From an uncultured Acidobacteriota bacterium (GTDB taxonomy: Bacteria; Acidobacteriota; Blastocatellia; RBC074), in contig CAWCKY010000004.1 of assembly GCA_963796275.1 (NCBI GenBank), positions 1,120,001 through 1,184,000 of the forward strand: a DNA stretch of 64,000 nucleotides. Direction: 5' to 3'. The position numbers and the translations under genes were made by a program. This document shows, piece after piece, positions 54,828 through 64,000 of the stretch. The notes beneath the pieces are model-generated. The model worked only from the letters and a program-made list of their open reading frames with translations, made no database searches and was not told the DNA's origin. Position 1 is the first letter of the stretch, and each line of letters starts with the position of its first letter.

Positions 54828-55199
54828 TTAGCTCGATCCCGCTCGCTGCGCCGAGGGACTACGCCGGACTGCTTCGATCAGCGCTCCCGATTTAATCGCC
54901 AGGTGCGAATCGGTCCAGATTGCGAGCCCTTCGCTCACGATAATAGCCTGAGGCGATTCGTGCTGAACGCCTGTCACCCTCGCCAGTTCGTCGCTGACAT
55001 CGCGCGAACTCTGGATGACGATCAGGCAATTGCGTACCCCTGCGCCCTCCGGCGCCTGCAGATACTTGCGAAACTCATTGAAAGCGCGCATGCTCACTCC
55101 GCAAGTATTACTGTGTTTGAAAAAAAGAACCGTCTGCCGATCGCTCGCCTGCAAAACCTCCGCCAGCGCATCTAGCGATGTGATCTCCTGATAGTCCAT
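54828..55199 (-). CDS. ytxJ: YtxJ-family monothiol thioredoxin-fold protein
   Basis: FKHSNTCGVS and GVQHESPQAI motifs. Confidence 0.88.
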   Translation of the reverse strand: MDYQEITSLDALAEVLQASDRQTVLFFKHSNTCGVSMRAFNEFRKYLQAPEGAGVRNCLIVIQSSRDVSDELARVTGVQHESPQAIIVSEGLAIWTDSHLAIKSGALIEAVRRSPSAQRAGSS

Positions 55200-55479
55200 C
55201 TTTATTATTGCTGCTCCAATCTTTGATACGGATGCGGGATAGCCTGTGATAACATTAACTCACTGCTGAGCGCAAGCAGCCTCGATCATTGGCCCATCTT
55301 TCGTGTAAGCTAGAGCCGGTAAGCTAACGTTTGCTTCAGTGTTTCCAAAGATATTTAACAATTTTTCACTCTCTTGAAACACGTATGAAAATCTGTTCGT
55401 ATAGGGTGTCGGCTGATTCGTACATCCGAAAATAGCATATAAAATAGAAAGTTATCATCTTCTGGAGGGAATCACACTA

Positions 55480-56973
55480 ATGGTCGTAACTAGGAGAAAG
55501 AAGATCATAATCGCGGCAGCTGCGGTAGTCGTGTTAGGGGGGATAATTGTCGCCGGAGTATTCGCGCGCCGCAATGATCAGGTCGAGGTTCAGACGGCCA
55601 AAATCGAACGCCGCGCCGTTCTCGAATCGAAGGTGACGGCGAATGGCGAGGTTCGGCCGATTGTATACTCCGATCTCACCGCGGAGGTGCCCGGCCGCGT
55701 CACCGACGTCTACGTCAAAGAGGGGGAGAAGGTGAAGAAGGGGTCTCCGCTCCTTCGCGTTGACCCGACGCAGCTGGCGACATCGACATCATTTCAGGAA
55801 GCCGCGCTGCGCGCATCACAGGCTGAAACCCAGACTCAGACGGCGGCGCTGGACGCGGCTGAGAATTCAATCAACACGGCGCGCGCCCAGTTCAACACAT
55901 CGAAGGCGGATTTCGATAAGTCGGCTGTCGAAAAAAACAATGCGGAGATCGAGCTCAAACGCGCCGCTGAACTGCTCGAAGCCGGAATCCAGTCGCGGTC
56001 GTTTTATGATACCGCCAAAATGAGATTTGATGCGGCTTGCGCCTCAGTCGATGCGGCGAAAGCCCGGGTCCAGCAATCGGAGGTCCAGATGCGAGATGCG
56101 GAGATTCGCGTCAAACAGGCAAGCGCGACGCTCAATTCGTCGAAGGCGCGCGTCTCACAGCAGCAGGCGAGCCTCGACCAGGCGGCCGACCAGCTCAGAA
56201 GGACCACGCAGTATGCACCGATCGACGGGATCGTGGCCGGCCCGATCGTCAAGGAAGGCACGTACGCCCTCGCCAACTTTTCATCGACCCCTTTACTGCT
56301 TATCGCCGATATGTCTGTCATCAACATCGAGGTCCGCGTCGATGAGACCGACATCGCGAACGTCGCGCTCGGCCAGAAGGCCAAGGTTAAAGTCGATGCC
56401 CTGGGAGACAGAGAGATCGAAGGCGAGATAGTTGAGCGGGCTGCCTGGGCACAGAATCGTTCGGGACAGACGACGGCTCAGACTGCCGCCGCAGCGAATC
56501 AGGAGGCAAAGGATTTTAAAGTAGTGGTTCGGCTCATTAATCTGACCGACGAAGTGCGTGAGCGCCTGCGCCCGGGCATGTCAGCCACCGCGGTGATTAC
56601 GACCAACCGGCACGAGAATGTCATCGCGGTTCCGCTCCAGTCGCTGGTTGAACGCGACCCGCAGCAGGTCGGACAGGGTGGAACAAACACAGAGGCTCAA
56701 AACCAGGCGAAGAATCCCAACGAGAATCCTAAAGATCCCAAAGATAAGAAGCCGGTCAAGGGCATCTTCGCCATCCAGAATGAGAAGACCGTATTTGTTC
56801 CGGTCGAGACGGGAATCACCGGTGAGAACGACATAGAGATCAAGAGCGGTCTGAAAGAAGGGCAAGAGATAGTCATCGGGCCCTATCGCCAGCTACGCAC
56901 ACTGAAGAACGATCAAAAAATCAAGCGGGAAGACAAGAATAAAAAACCCGCGGGCGAGGAAGGCAAAGCATAG
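55480..56973 (+). CDS. Efflux periplasmic adaptor (MacA/HlyD-like)
   Basis: N-terminal TM, lipoyl halves [10 protein letters not shown] and APIDGIV, coiled coil, LRPGMSATA. Confidence 0.92.
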   Translation: MVVTRRKKIIIAAAAVVVLGGIIVAGVFARRNDQVEVQTAKIERRAVLESKVTANGEVRPIVYSDLTAEVPGRVTDVYVKEGEKVKKGSPLLRVDPTQLATSTSFQEAALRASQAETQTQTAALDAAENSINTARAQFNTSKADFDKSAVEKNNAEIELKRAAELLEAGIQSRSFYDTAKMRFDAACASVDAAKARVQQSEVQMRDAEIRVKQASATLNSSKARVSQQQASLDQAADQLRRTTQYAPIDGIVAGPIVKEGTYALANFSSTPLLLIADMSVINIEVRVDETDIANVALGQKAKVKVDALGDREIEGEIVERAAWAQNRSGQTTAQTAAAANQEAKDFKVVVRLINLTDEVRERLRPGMSATAVITTNRHENVIAVPLQSLVERDPQQVGQGGTNTEAQNQAKNPNENPKDPKDKKPVKGIFAIQNEKTVFVPVETGITGENDIEIKSGLKEGQEIVIGPYRQLRTLKNDQKIKREDKNKKPAGEEGKA

Positions 56974-57037
56974 CAACGCAGTAATAAGTAATATATTAAA
57001 GCTGCGCAACATCAGCCATATCAAAGAGGTTTCATTA

Positions 57038-57787
57038 ATGCTGGTAGGCACAATACAAGAGCAGACGGGAATTTCGAGCGAGCTCGTGCGCAATGGTATG
57101 CAGGATGCGATGATTCGCACACAGGAGCTGTGGAAGACATATGTCATGGGAGAGGAGGAGATTCACGCGCTACGCGGAGTGACCTTCGAGATCAAGCGCA
57201 ACGAATATGTCGCTATCATCGGCCCGTCAGGCTCGGGCAAATCGACGCTGATGAACTTGATCGGTTGTCTCGATACGCCGAGCAAAGGAGAATATTGGCT
57301 CAACGGCAAACTGGTCTCGCAGATGGATGACGACGAACTGGCGCACATCCGCAACAAGGAGATCGGGTTCGTCTTCCAGACATTCAATCTGCTGCCGCGC
57401 GCGACCGCATTGCACAACGTCGAATTACCGATGATTTACAATGGCACGCCGGCGGCCAAAAGAATAGAGATGGCTAAGAGGGCGCTCGAATCGGTCGACC
57501 TCGGCCAGCGCATGAACCACAAACCAAACGAACTCTCCGGAGGTCAACGGCAGCGCGTTGCAATCGCGCGAGCGCTCGTCAATAACCCGTCAATCATCCT
57601 GGCCGATGAACCTACGGGAAACCTCGATTCGAAGACATCGGAAGAGATCATGCAGCTCCTCGATGTGCTCCACAAACGCGGAAACACGATCATCCTCGTC
57701 ACACACGAGCACGATATCGCCGCTCATGCTCATCGTGTCATTTCGATCCTCGACGGGCAGATATCAAAAGATGAGCGTATGAGGTAA
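57038..57787 (+). CDS. MacB-type ABC ATP-binding protein
   Basis: [31 protein letters not shown]; the true start may be a downstream Met. Confidence 0.93.
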   Translation: MLVGTIQEQTGISSELVRNGMQDAMIRTQELWKTYVMGEEEIHALRGVTFEIKRNEYVAIIGPSGSGKSTLMNLIGCLDTPSKGEYWLNGKLVSQMDDDELAHIRNKEIGFVFQTFNLLPRATALHNVELPMIYNGTPAAKRIEMAKRALESVDLGQRMNHKPNELSGGQRQRVAIARALVNNPSIILADEPTGNLDSKTSEEIMQLLDVLHKRGNTIILVTHEHDIAAHAHRVISILDGQISKDERMR

Positions 57788-57849
57788 TCGATCCAGTAAA
57801 GATTGGTGCACGAAGCGCGATCTACAGAAGCGCCAGATACCGCTGATCT

Positions 57850-57950
57850 CAACCGAACTCCAAGCGCGCAAGCCATTTGCTTCAGGCGGTTAGAAATCGC
57901 GTGCGGAAAGAAAAGACCGCGTAAACGCGGAACTCCAAGCGCAAGCGCGT
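57850..57950. repeat. REP-like units (CCGCGTAAACGCGGAACTCCAAGCGC)
   Basis: Short hairpin plus GAACTCCAAGCGC present twice. Confidence 0.5.
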
Positions 57951-57963
57951 GATCAACCTGATA

Positions 57964-58326
57964 TCAACTATTTTTTTTCGTTCTGGTGTGTCGCGCGTTA
58001 AATCGCTCGCTGCCTATATCGCGCAGGCGGCGCTGGAATGGTGAATCGGCCTCGCGGATACTGAGCCGGCGGATTTGTTCCCATCGCCTTTCGATCTCAG
58101 CCTGAAATTCGCTGCGGTGGTCCCGGAAGTAATCGAGCGCTGCGCTCACCTGACTATTCGTCAGAGCGGGAAAGCGCGAACATATCTCGTCGAGGCTTCC
58201 GCCGTGGGCAAGTCTATCGATTACGATCTCGATGACTTTTACCTGTTTTCCCCTGATCCAGGCCACACCACAGCTGTCCAGTTCGATTGGCGCCTTCGTA
58301 TTCTTTGATCCACTCGCTTCAGCCAA
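57964..58326 (-). CDS. DUF433-family protein (putative antitoxin)
   Basis: [16 protein letters not shown]...[24 protein letters not shown]. Confidence 0.75.
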   Translation of the reverse strand: MAEASGSKNTKAPIELDSCGVAWIRGKQVKVIEIVIDRLAHGGSLDEICSRFPALTNSQVSAALDYFRDHRSEFQAEIERRWEQIRRLSIREADSPFQRRLRDIGSERFNARHTRTKKNS

Positions 58327-58591
58327 TTTTTCTCTCTCTGCTGGAAATTTATAAGTATTTTAGTAATTGTTCCGTACACTCGCAAGCGAATAAAAACCCA
58401 GATGAAACGGTTCCTGGTTTGACTATCCACGATCTCGGGTTACTATGTCGAGGAGGAATTTGTCGATGCCGTCAGCGTGGTATCGGGAAACACGGAAATT
58501 TAGGCAGGATTTACAGGATTTTTCAAGATTCAGCGCATTTATGAAATCCTGAAAGATTCTGTAAGTCCTATCTTTTTTAAGGAGATACGAG

Positions 58592-60265
58592 GTGAAAAAC
58601 GGCGGACAGAAAATATTGATTTCGGTCTTTTTCGCTCTGTTGATCAGCGCGGCTCTGACGTTGTCACCATTGGTCAGCGCACAGGATGACGCGAAAAGAC
58701 AGAAACTTACCGATCAATATAAAAGTGCGATCAATATCATCAAGGAGAATTACGTCGTCGAGGTCGACCACGAGATACTGACCAAGGTAGCGATCCATGG
58801 CATGCTCAAATCGCTCGACCCTCACTCCGACTATCTGGACCGGAAAACATTCCAGGAATTCAACGAGAAGCAACACAGCAAGTACTTCGGCATCGGATCG
58901 CACATCCGCTCGGCAAACCGCGCAACATACATCATCGAGCCATTCAGCGACAGTCCGGCAATACGCGCCGGCTTGCGTTATGGCGATCACATCGTGGCGG
59001 TCGACGGCACGGATACATCGAATTGGACTTCCGATCGTGTCCGCAATCTCCTGCTCGGCGCACAGGGGACTCAGGTGGCCGTCAAGGTAAAACGGCTCGG
59101 AGTTGACGAACCGCTAACGGTCAATATCGTCCGCGACGGCATCTACCTGCCATCGATCCCGAACTACTATCTGATCAAACCGAACATCGGATACATCGGT
59201 CTGACGCGCAACTTCCAGACGACCACGGCAAACGAGCTGCGAGATGCGATAGCAGAATTGCGCGAAGCGGGCGCCGAATCTTTCATCCTGGACCTGCGCA
59301 ACAACGGCGGAGGATATCTCGATCAGGCGATTCGCTCGTGCGACCTTTTCTTACAGCGCGGTCAAGCGGTCGTTTCCGTGCGCAGCCGCCCCGGCAGCAG
59401 AAACGAAAAACAGGACTATTTCGCCGAACAGGGGGTTAGCGAAAACTTCCCGCTCGTAGTTCTTATCGACCGCACGTCGGCCTCCGCGTCAGAGATCGTG
59501 GCGGGCGCTATTCAGGATCACGATCGCGGGTTGATAATCGGCGAACCGAGCTTCGGCAAAGGGCTCGTTCAACGCATCTTCCCGCTCCATAACGGCGGAG
59601 CGTTGACCCTCACCATCGCTCATTACTACACGCCCAGCGGCCGATTGATTCAACGCGATTATTCGAACGGGTCGCTCTTCGAGTATTATTCCCGAAGGAA
59701 CGCTGACGGCAATTCTGCACCCAAGCAGAACCCGGCGGACGAGAAAAAGACCGATCTCGGCAGAACGGTATACGGCGGCGGTGGAATAGAGCCCGATATC
59801 AAGGTGGAGCCCAGTTTCCGATACGACCGGCCGGAATTGTTGAATGCGGCGCAGGGCAGCCTGTATTCGAGCATCTGCCTTTTCGTGCGCGAACTGGTCG
59901 GCGGGCAGGTCTCGGGCTTCCCTCAATTCAAACTTAACAACAGCGCGCAGCACAGCGCTCGCCCCAAAATGTCCGAATACACCATCAATGACGATGCGTT
60001 GAAAGCATACCGCGCATTTGCCGTTAAATTTTTCAAGGACAACCCGGAATATCGCGTAACGACGGCGACGATCGATGAGAACCTGGTCTGGGCACGTCTC
60101 CAAATCCGATACGAAGTGCTTCTGGCTGCGTACGGCACCGAGATAGCTCAACAGGTAATGAATGACATGGACGTCCAACTGCAACGCGCCGTCACTGAAA
60201 TGCCGAAAGCCGCAGATCTGTCGAATCGCTCCTGGCGGCGTTCGACAACGAGCGTGATCCGGTAA
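58592..60265 (+). CDS. S41-family C-terminal processing protease
   Basis: LDPHSDY, PDZ domain, [31 protein letters not shown]. Confidence 0.95.
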   Translation: MKNGGQKILISVFFALLISAALTLSPLVSAQDDAKRQKLTDQYKSAINIIKENYVVEVDHEILTKVAIHGMLKSLDPHSDYLDRKTFQEFNEKQHSKYFGIGSHIRSANRATYIIEPFSDSPAIRAGLRYGDHIVAVDGTDTSNWTSDRVRNLLLGAQGTQVAVKVKRLGVDEPLTVNIVRDGIYLPSIPNYYLIKPNIGYIGLTRNFQTTTANELRDAIAELREAGAESFILDLRNNGGGYLDQAIRSCDLFLQRGQAVVSVRSRPGSRNEKQDYFAEQGVSENFPLVVLIDRTSASASEIVAGAIQDHDRGLIIGEPSFGKGLVQRIFPLHNGGALTLTIAHYYTPSGRLIQRDYSNGSLFEYYSRRNADGNSAPKQNPADEKKTDLGRTVYGGGGIEPDIKVEPSFRYDRPELLNAAQGSLYSSICLFVRELVGGQVSGFPQFKLNNSAQHSARPKMSEYTINDDALKAYRAFAVKFFKDNPEYRVTTATIDENLVWARLQIRYEVLLAAYGTEIAQQVMNDMDVQLQRAVTEMPKAADLSNRSWRRSTTSVIR

Positions 60266-60269
60266 TTCG

Positions 60270-60350
60270 ATAAAGCAGAAAGCAAAAAGGCAAAAAAAAG
60301 CAAGAAAGGCAATATTCGGTATTTTTGCCTTTTTTGCTTTTTTTGTTTCA
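60270..60350. repeat. A-rich/T-rich ~9-mer inverted repeat
   Basis: GCAAAAAGGCAAAAAAAAGCAAGAAAGGCAA...TTTTTGCCTTTTTTGCTTTTTTTGTTTC. Confidence 0.8.
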
Positions 60351-60469
60351 TCCACTCACAAGATCGCCACCATCGGCAACATTTCGCTTCGGGCTTCCCA
60401 AGGGAGTTTATCTCACACCCTTGAGAATCGAGCTGAGCTTGACAACTTTCGACACACTCTCTGAATAAA

Positions 60470-61312
60470 ATGAAAATCATCGACACACATCAGCACCTCT
60501 GGGATCTCGATCATCTGCCATACTCGTGGACTTCTAATCGCCCGAAATTGAAGCGCAATTTCCTTTTAAGGGATTACCTGGATGCTACCCGCGGCTTCGA
60601 GGTGATCAAATCGGTTCATGTCGAGGCCGATGTAGACGAACCGCACATGCTAGCTGAAACTCAGCACATACTGGCTCTGGCGGAGGACGATAGCAACCTG
60701 CTCTCAGGTGTAGTAGCGGCGGCGCGACCCGAATACGATAACTTTCGCGAGTATATTGAACAGATCGCTGGCCGTCCCCATCTGAAAGGGATTCGCCGTT
60801 TATTGCAATCAGAACCCGATGAGCTATCAACGACGGCGACATTTATCGAAAACGTACGTTATCTCGAGGCATATGGGCTTTCGTTCGATATCTGCGTGTT
60901 GGGGCGGCAGCTGCCTCTCGCGATCAATCTCGTGAACAAATGCCCGAAAGTGAATTTCATCCTCGACCATTGCGGCAATCCCGATATAAAGGCGCGGGAC
61001 TATGAAAACTGGCGCAGCGCGATGAGAGAGATCGCAAGCTATCCCAATATCGTATGCAAAGTCTCAGGCATCGTCGTCAATACGGATATCGAAAACTGGA
61101 CGATTGATGACCTGCGGCCGGCGGTCGAGCACGTCATCGATTGTTTCGGATGGGATCGCGTGATGTTCGGTAGCGATTGGCCAGTCTGCACCCTCGCAGC
61201 CAGCTTCAAACAGTGGGTCGATGCGCTGATATTCCTCACCAAAGACGCGGGCGCTAACAATCAACAAAAACTCTTTCAGGATAATGCCCGGAGGGTTTAT
61301 AGGCTTAATTAG
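60470..61312 (+). CDS. Amidohydrolase_2 family protein (L-fuconolactonase-like)
   Basis: IDTHQHLW, LDHCGNP, CKVSG, MFGSDWPVC. Confidence 0.9.
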   Translation: MKIIDTHQHLWDLDHLPYSWTSNRPKLKRNFLLRDYLDATRGFEVIKSVHVEADVDEPHMLAETQHILALAEDDSNLLSGVVAAARPEYDNFREYIEQIAGRPHLKGIRRLLQSEPDELSTTATFIENVRYLEAYGLSFDICVLGRQLPLAINLVNKCPKVNFILDHCGNPDIKARDYENWRSAMREIASYPNIVCKVSGIVVNTDIENWTIDDLRPAVEHVIDCFGWDRVMFGSDWPVCTLAASFKQWVDALIFLTKDAGANNQQKLFQDNARRVYRLN

Positions 61313-61381
61313 TTGATAGTTGATAGTTCGAATAGATTGTGGCCACAAATTATTCGAACTATCAATTATCAACTATCAATT
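61310..61381. repeat. Heptamer inverted repeat (TAGTTGA)n...(TCAACTA)n between convergent genes
   Basis: Seen directly. Confidence 0.85.
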
Positions 61382-62767
61382 ACAATCAAGAACGCCTTCT
61401 TTGAGAAAACTCTGGAACCAGACGCCCGGGTTATAGGTGTTTTCAGTGAGCGCCGGTTGGCGGCCGTCAATATCGGTGCCGGAAATGGAGAGGCGGAACC
61501 TAACTCTCAATTCATTCATCTCTTCGCGCGTCAGTCTCTCGCGAATTCCGGGTTGGCCATAATTTCTCGTCTGCAAACAGAAGGTCTGATTCCGCTCATC
61601 GTATGTGGCATAGTTCGGCACCAAATCGACCGTGAAGTTGTAGATAATTTCGGGCATGAAGACCGCCCGCACACCGATAACCATCTGCCCTTGATTGTTC
61701 GTGATTTGAGGTATCGGATCGACCGTGCCTTTGTGAATGCGCATCGAAAGCAATGCGGTGATCCTGTTTCCGACCCGTTCCGGATAGAGTTGAGGGTAAG
61801 GAGAGTAGGAGCCGTCGAGTGGGAATTGCATCGAATATTTCAGGCGGATTCCTATCGTATTACCCTTCTCCGATACCAGCGGTTCATCAGACCATTTGAC
61901 GATGTGCGCACGGATAATCTTCTGCTCAACTTCGCTCGCCTCCCTGCTTAGGTCCTGTAACATCTGGTTATTGAAGATCGCGGACGGAGGGCTCTCAGAC
62001 GGCGCATTTGATACCTCGGTGGCACTCGGCCGGATCAGCGAGTGAAATACCCGTTGAAATCCTTTGCCGTTCACATCGCGGCCGCGGGCGAGTACTCGAA
62101 ATGGCTGTTCCGGCGTCTCGATCAGCAGCATAAAGGTCGATGGATTGGAATAATCGCTTTGCCGGAATTTGAGCGGTGCGATCGGCTCCCCCGCTTCATT
62201 TATGAGCTTAAACTCCATGGTCTCGAGATTAAACCCTGACGCGAATACCTGAGCCTGCTGCCGCGATCCGCGAGCCGGCTGAAACCTGTCGATCATGTGG
62301 ATGCCTGTCCGGCCGAAGAACTGCAAGCAACAGACGTAGAGCTCGCCCTGCACGGTGATAGAGGCGGAAAACTTGCCTGATCCTGAAACAAGCAGCTTCC
62401 ATTTTCCTGGCCGGGGATCCCACATAGAAATAAGGCGATTCTCATTCGTTTCAGTCACGGAGATGTTCGACTCAGCGACGTCGATGGGCTTCCCTATCGG
62501 CGAGACGACCGTCAGTTTGAGTTGCTCGGAATATTGGACGGAGAACTGCAAGCGCAACACGCCGACCTCGACGGGAACCTCTATCTCGCGCGGCTCGTCT
62601 GAGAGGACGCCCGATACGATCGCGATAAATTGCGCGTTCGGGTCTTCCTGAGCGATCGTACTACTCGTTAGTATAATTATGGGACTGATGAGCGCCCCGA
62701 GCACGATGAGGAATTTACCGATTGATTTCAAAACCGCTTTTGATGCCATAGCACAATTATCAATCAA
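61376..62767 (-). CDS. Secreted hypothetical protein with hemicentin/VWA7-like beta domains
   Basis: Signal peptide; DPRPGKWKLLVSGSGKFSASI and PEQPFRVLARGRDVNGKGFQRV. The domain call is from recalled similarity; the ORF itself is solid. Confidence 0.65.
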   Translation of the reverse strand: MIDNCAMASKAVLKSIGKFLIVLGALISPIIILTSSTIAQEDPNAQFIAIVSGVLSDEPREIEVPVEVGVLRLQFSVQYSEQLKLTVVSPIGKPIDVAESNISVTETNENRLISMWDPRPGKWKLLVSGSGKFSASITVQGELYVCCLQFFGRTGIHMIDRFQPARGSRQQAQVFASGFNLETMEFKLINEAGEPIAPLKFRQSDYSNPSTFMLLIETPEQPFRVLARGRDVNGKGFQRVFHSLIRPSATEVSNAPSESPPSAIFNNQMLQDLSREASEVEQKIIRAHIVKWSDEPLVSEKGNTIGIRLKYSMQFPLDGSYSPYPQLYPERVGNRITALLSMRIHKGTVDPIPQITNNQGQMVIGVRAVFMPEIIYNFTVDLVPNYATYDERNQTFCLQTRNYGQPGIRERLTREEMNELRVRFRLSISGTDIDGRQPALTENTYNPGVWFQSFLKEGVLDCN

Positions 62768-62923
62768 TTTATGGGTGCGCGCAGTGTAGCATCAACCAAT
62801 TCAAATTGCTATCAGCGTCCCTTCTGGGGGCTTTGGTGCCCGCTATCTGGCGTGATAGATTGCCAATGAAAATCGCCAGGTGAATATTCGGGAAAGCTGA
62901 ACAAATATCCACTACCATTACTG

Positions 62924-63397
62924 ATGTACCTGATAGATGGGAACAATGTAATCGGTCAACGCGTCGGTTGGCACCGCGACAAGCCGGGATCGCGCCGCCG
63001 ATTGCTCGAAGAGCTGGCGCGGTTCTTTCGCCTAAAGAAAACGCGTATTGCGGTAGTCTTCGATGGGGCGCCTGATAAAAGTTTTCCCGATGGTTCGAGT
63101 TATTGCGGCGTGCAGATTTTTTACGCGAGGCACAAATCGGATGCTGACAACCGCATCATCGAGATGGTCGAAGCTGAGAAGAATCGCAAGGGCATGATAG
63201 TCGTTACCTCCGATGGAGCGCTGGCGTCTTACGTGCGCCTGTGTGGCGTCGCAGTCATGCGCTCGGGAGAGTTCCGCCGAATGCTCGATGGGGCTTCAAA
63301 AGAACCGAATGATCCTCCCATAGAAGTTGGAGATTTGGACGGCTGGTTCCGCTATTTCGGCGTTGCCGGTGAGGATACTGACGAGACCGATGAATGA
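62924..63397 (+). CDS. NYN/YacP-like PIN-domain protein
   Basis: LIDGNNV, VVFDG, SDADNRI, VVTSD motifs. Confidence 0.85.
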   Translation: MYLIDGNNVIGQRVGWHRDKPGSRRRLLEELARFFRLKKTRIAVVFDGAPDKSFPDGSSYCGVQIFYARHKSDADNRIIEMVEAEKNRKGMIVVTSDGALASYVRLCGVAVMRSGEFRRMLDGASKEPNDPPIEVGDLDGWFRYFGVAGEDTDETDE

Positions 63398-64000
63398 ACA
63401 GATTTCTGTTGTTGACTATTTGCGCCGCAGCGGGCCTGGCAATGGCCTTTTTATTTATTGATAGCTGCCAGCTCGATGGGGGCGTTCATTTCCTCTTTGC
63501 GAAATGGGCCTGGAAACATCCGGAATTGTTCGTCGGAGTCTGGTCACGACCGATCTATACATTTATTTATGCATTTCCCGCGCTCCTCGGCTATCGCGCG
63601 ACCCGCATATTCACCGTCCTCATCTGCCTGGGGATCGCGTGGCAAACCGGGCGTTTAGCCGAAGACCTGAAGATCGGACGCGCACCACTCGCCATCGCGC
63701 TGGTCTGGCTGCAACCATCGTTCTTTCTCTTCTGCGCAGACAATATGACCGAACCCATCTTCGCCCTCATTTTTGTCATCGCGCTGCGCCTGCATCATCG
63801 CGGCCATCATAAAACCGGCATGTTAATCGCTTCCCTATTGATAGGAGCGCGACCCGAAGGATTTTTCCTGGGGATTTTATGGTTGATATGGATCCTCGGT
63901 CACGGACCGCGGATCGCGGTTTGCGATTTTGCCAAATACAAGGAACCTACTGACTTCGCAATCAACAAGACTCTTTTGCCCGCGATCCCCATCCTCGCGA
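63394..64000 (+). CDS. Polytopic membrane protein, GT-C glycosyltransferase-like (partial)
   Basis: Not in the ORF track because it runs off the end. ATGA overlap with the previous stop; translation MNRFLLLTICAAAGLAMAFLF...DNMTEPIF...ARPEGFF. Confidence 0.7.
   Translation, partial: MNRFLLLTICAAAGLAMAFLFIDSCQLDGGVHFLFAKWAWKHPELFVGVWSRPIYTFIYAFPALLGYRATRIFTVLICLGIAWQTGRLAEDLKIGRAPLAIALVWLQPSFFLFCADNMTEPIFALIFVIALRLHHRGHHKTGMLIASLLIGARPEGFFLGILWLIWILGHGPRIAVCDFAKYKEPTDFAINKTLLPAIPILA

Noticed and set aside
59489-60355. 288-aa minus-strand ORF with a signal-like start
   Set aside because: Antisense to the S41 protease; its N-terminus is just the translated inverted repeat.

Overview
A 64-kb bacterial chromosomal segment. 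Gene content (Oar-type TonB receptor, M14/M16/S41 peptidases, DUF4760-like protein, heptamer-repeat spacers) suggests Acidobacteriota, possibly Blastocatellia; this assignment is inference. Most of the window is housekeeping: etfBA with ETF-QO, dsbD, a SurA/PpiD-like foldase, dacB, mutM, tRNA-fMet, a pgsA-like gene, accC and a biotin carrier, rpsO and a frameshifted pnp. Three regions stand out. (1) At 31.4-35.2 kb, two paralogous ~200-nt minus-strand noncoding RNA candidates each have a -10 box and CRP-type boxes at the same spacing (-41.5 and -64.5) and lie directly downstream of a Crp-family gene. Between them sit an internally deleted group IIC intron, inserted into a 61-bp REP-like palindrome, and an IS630 element. 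(2) At 43.5-50.5 kb, a four-gene operon encodes a cNMP/4Fe-4S/di-heme-b-like membrane protein, an FHA-heptaheme cytochrome c, a ClpX paralogue lacking the zinc finger, and a membrane-anchored Fe-S flavoprotein. It reads as a signal-gated transmembrane electron-transfer chain. (3) At 0-6.3 kb, an EhpF-like ligase / GT4 / ABC operon has no known product. Short 7- and 9-mer inverted tandem repeats fill many spacers and appear to have been recruited into protein N-termini. All calls come from reading motifs by eye; no database searches were run.
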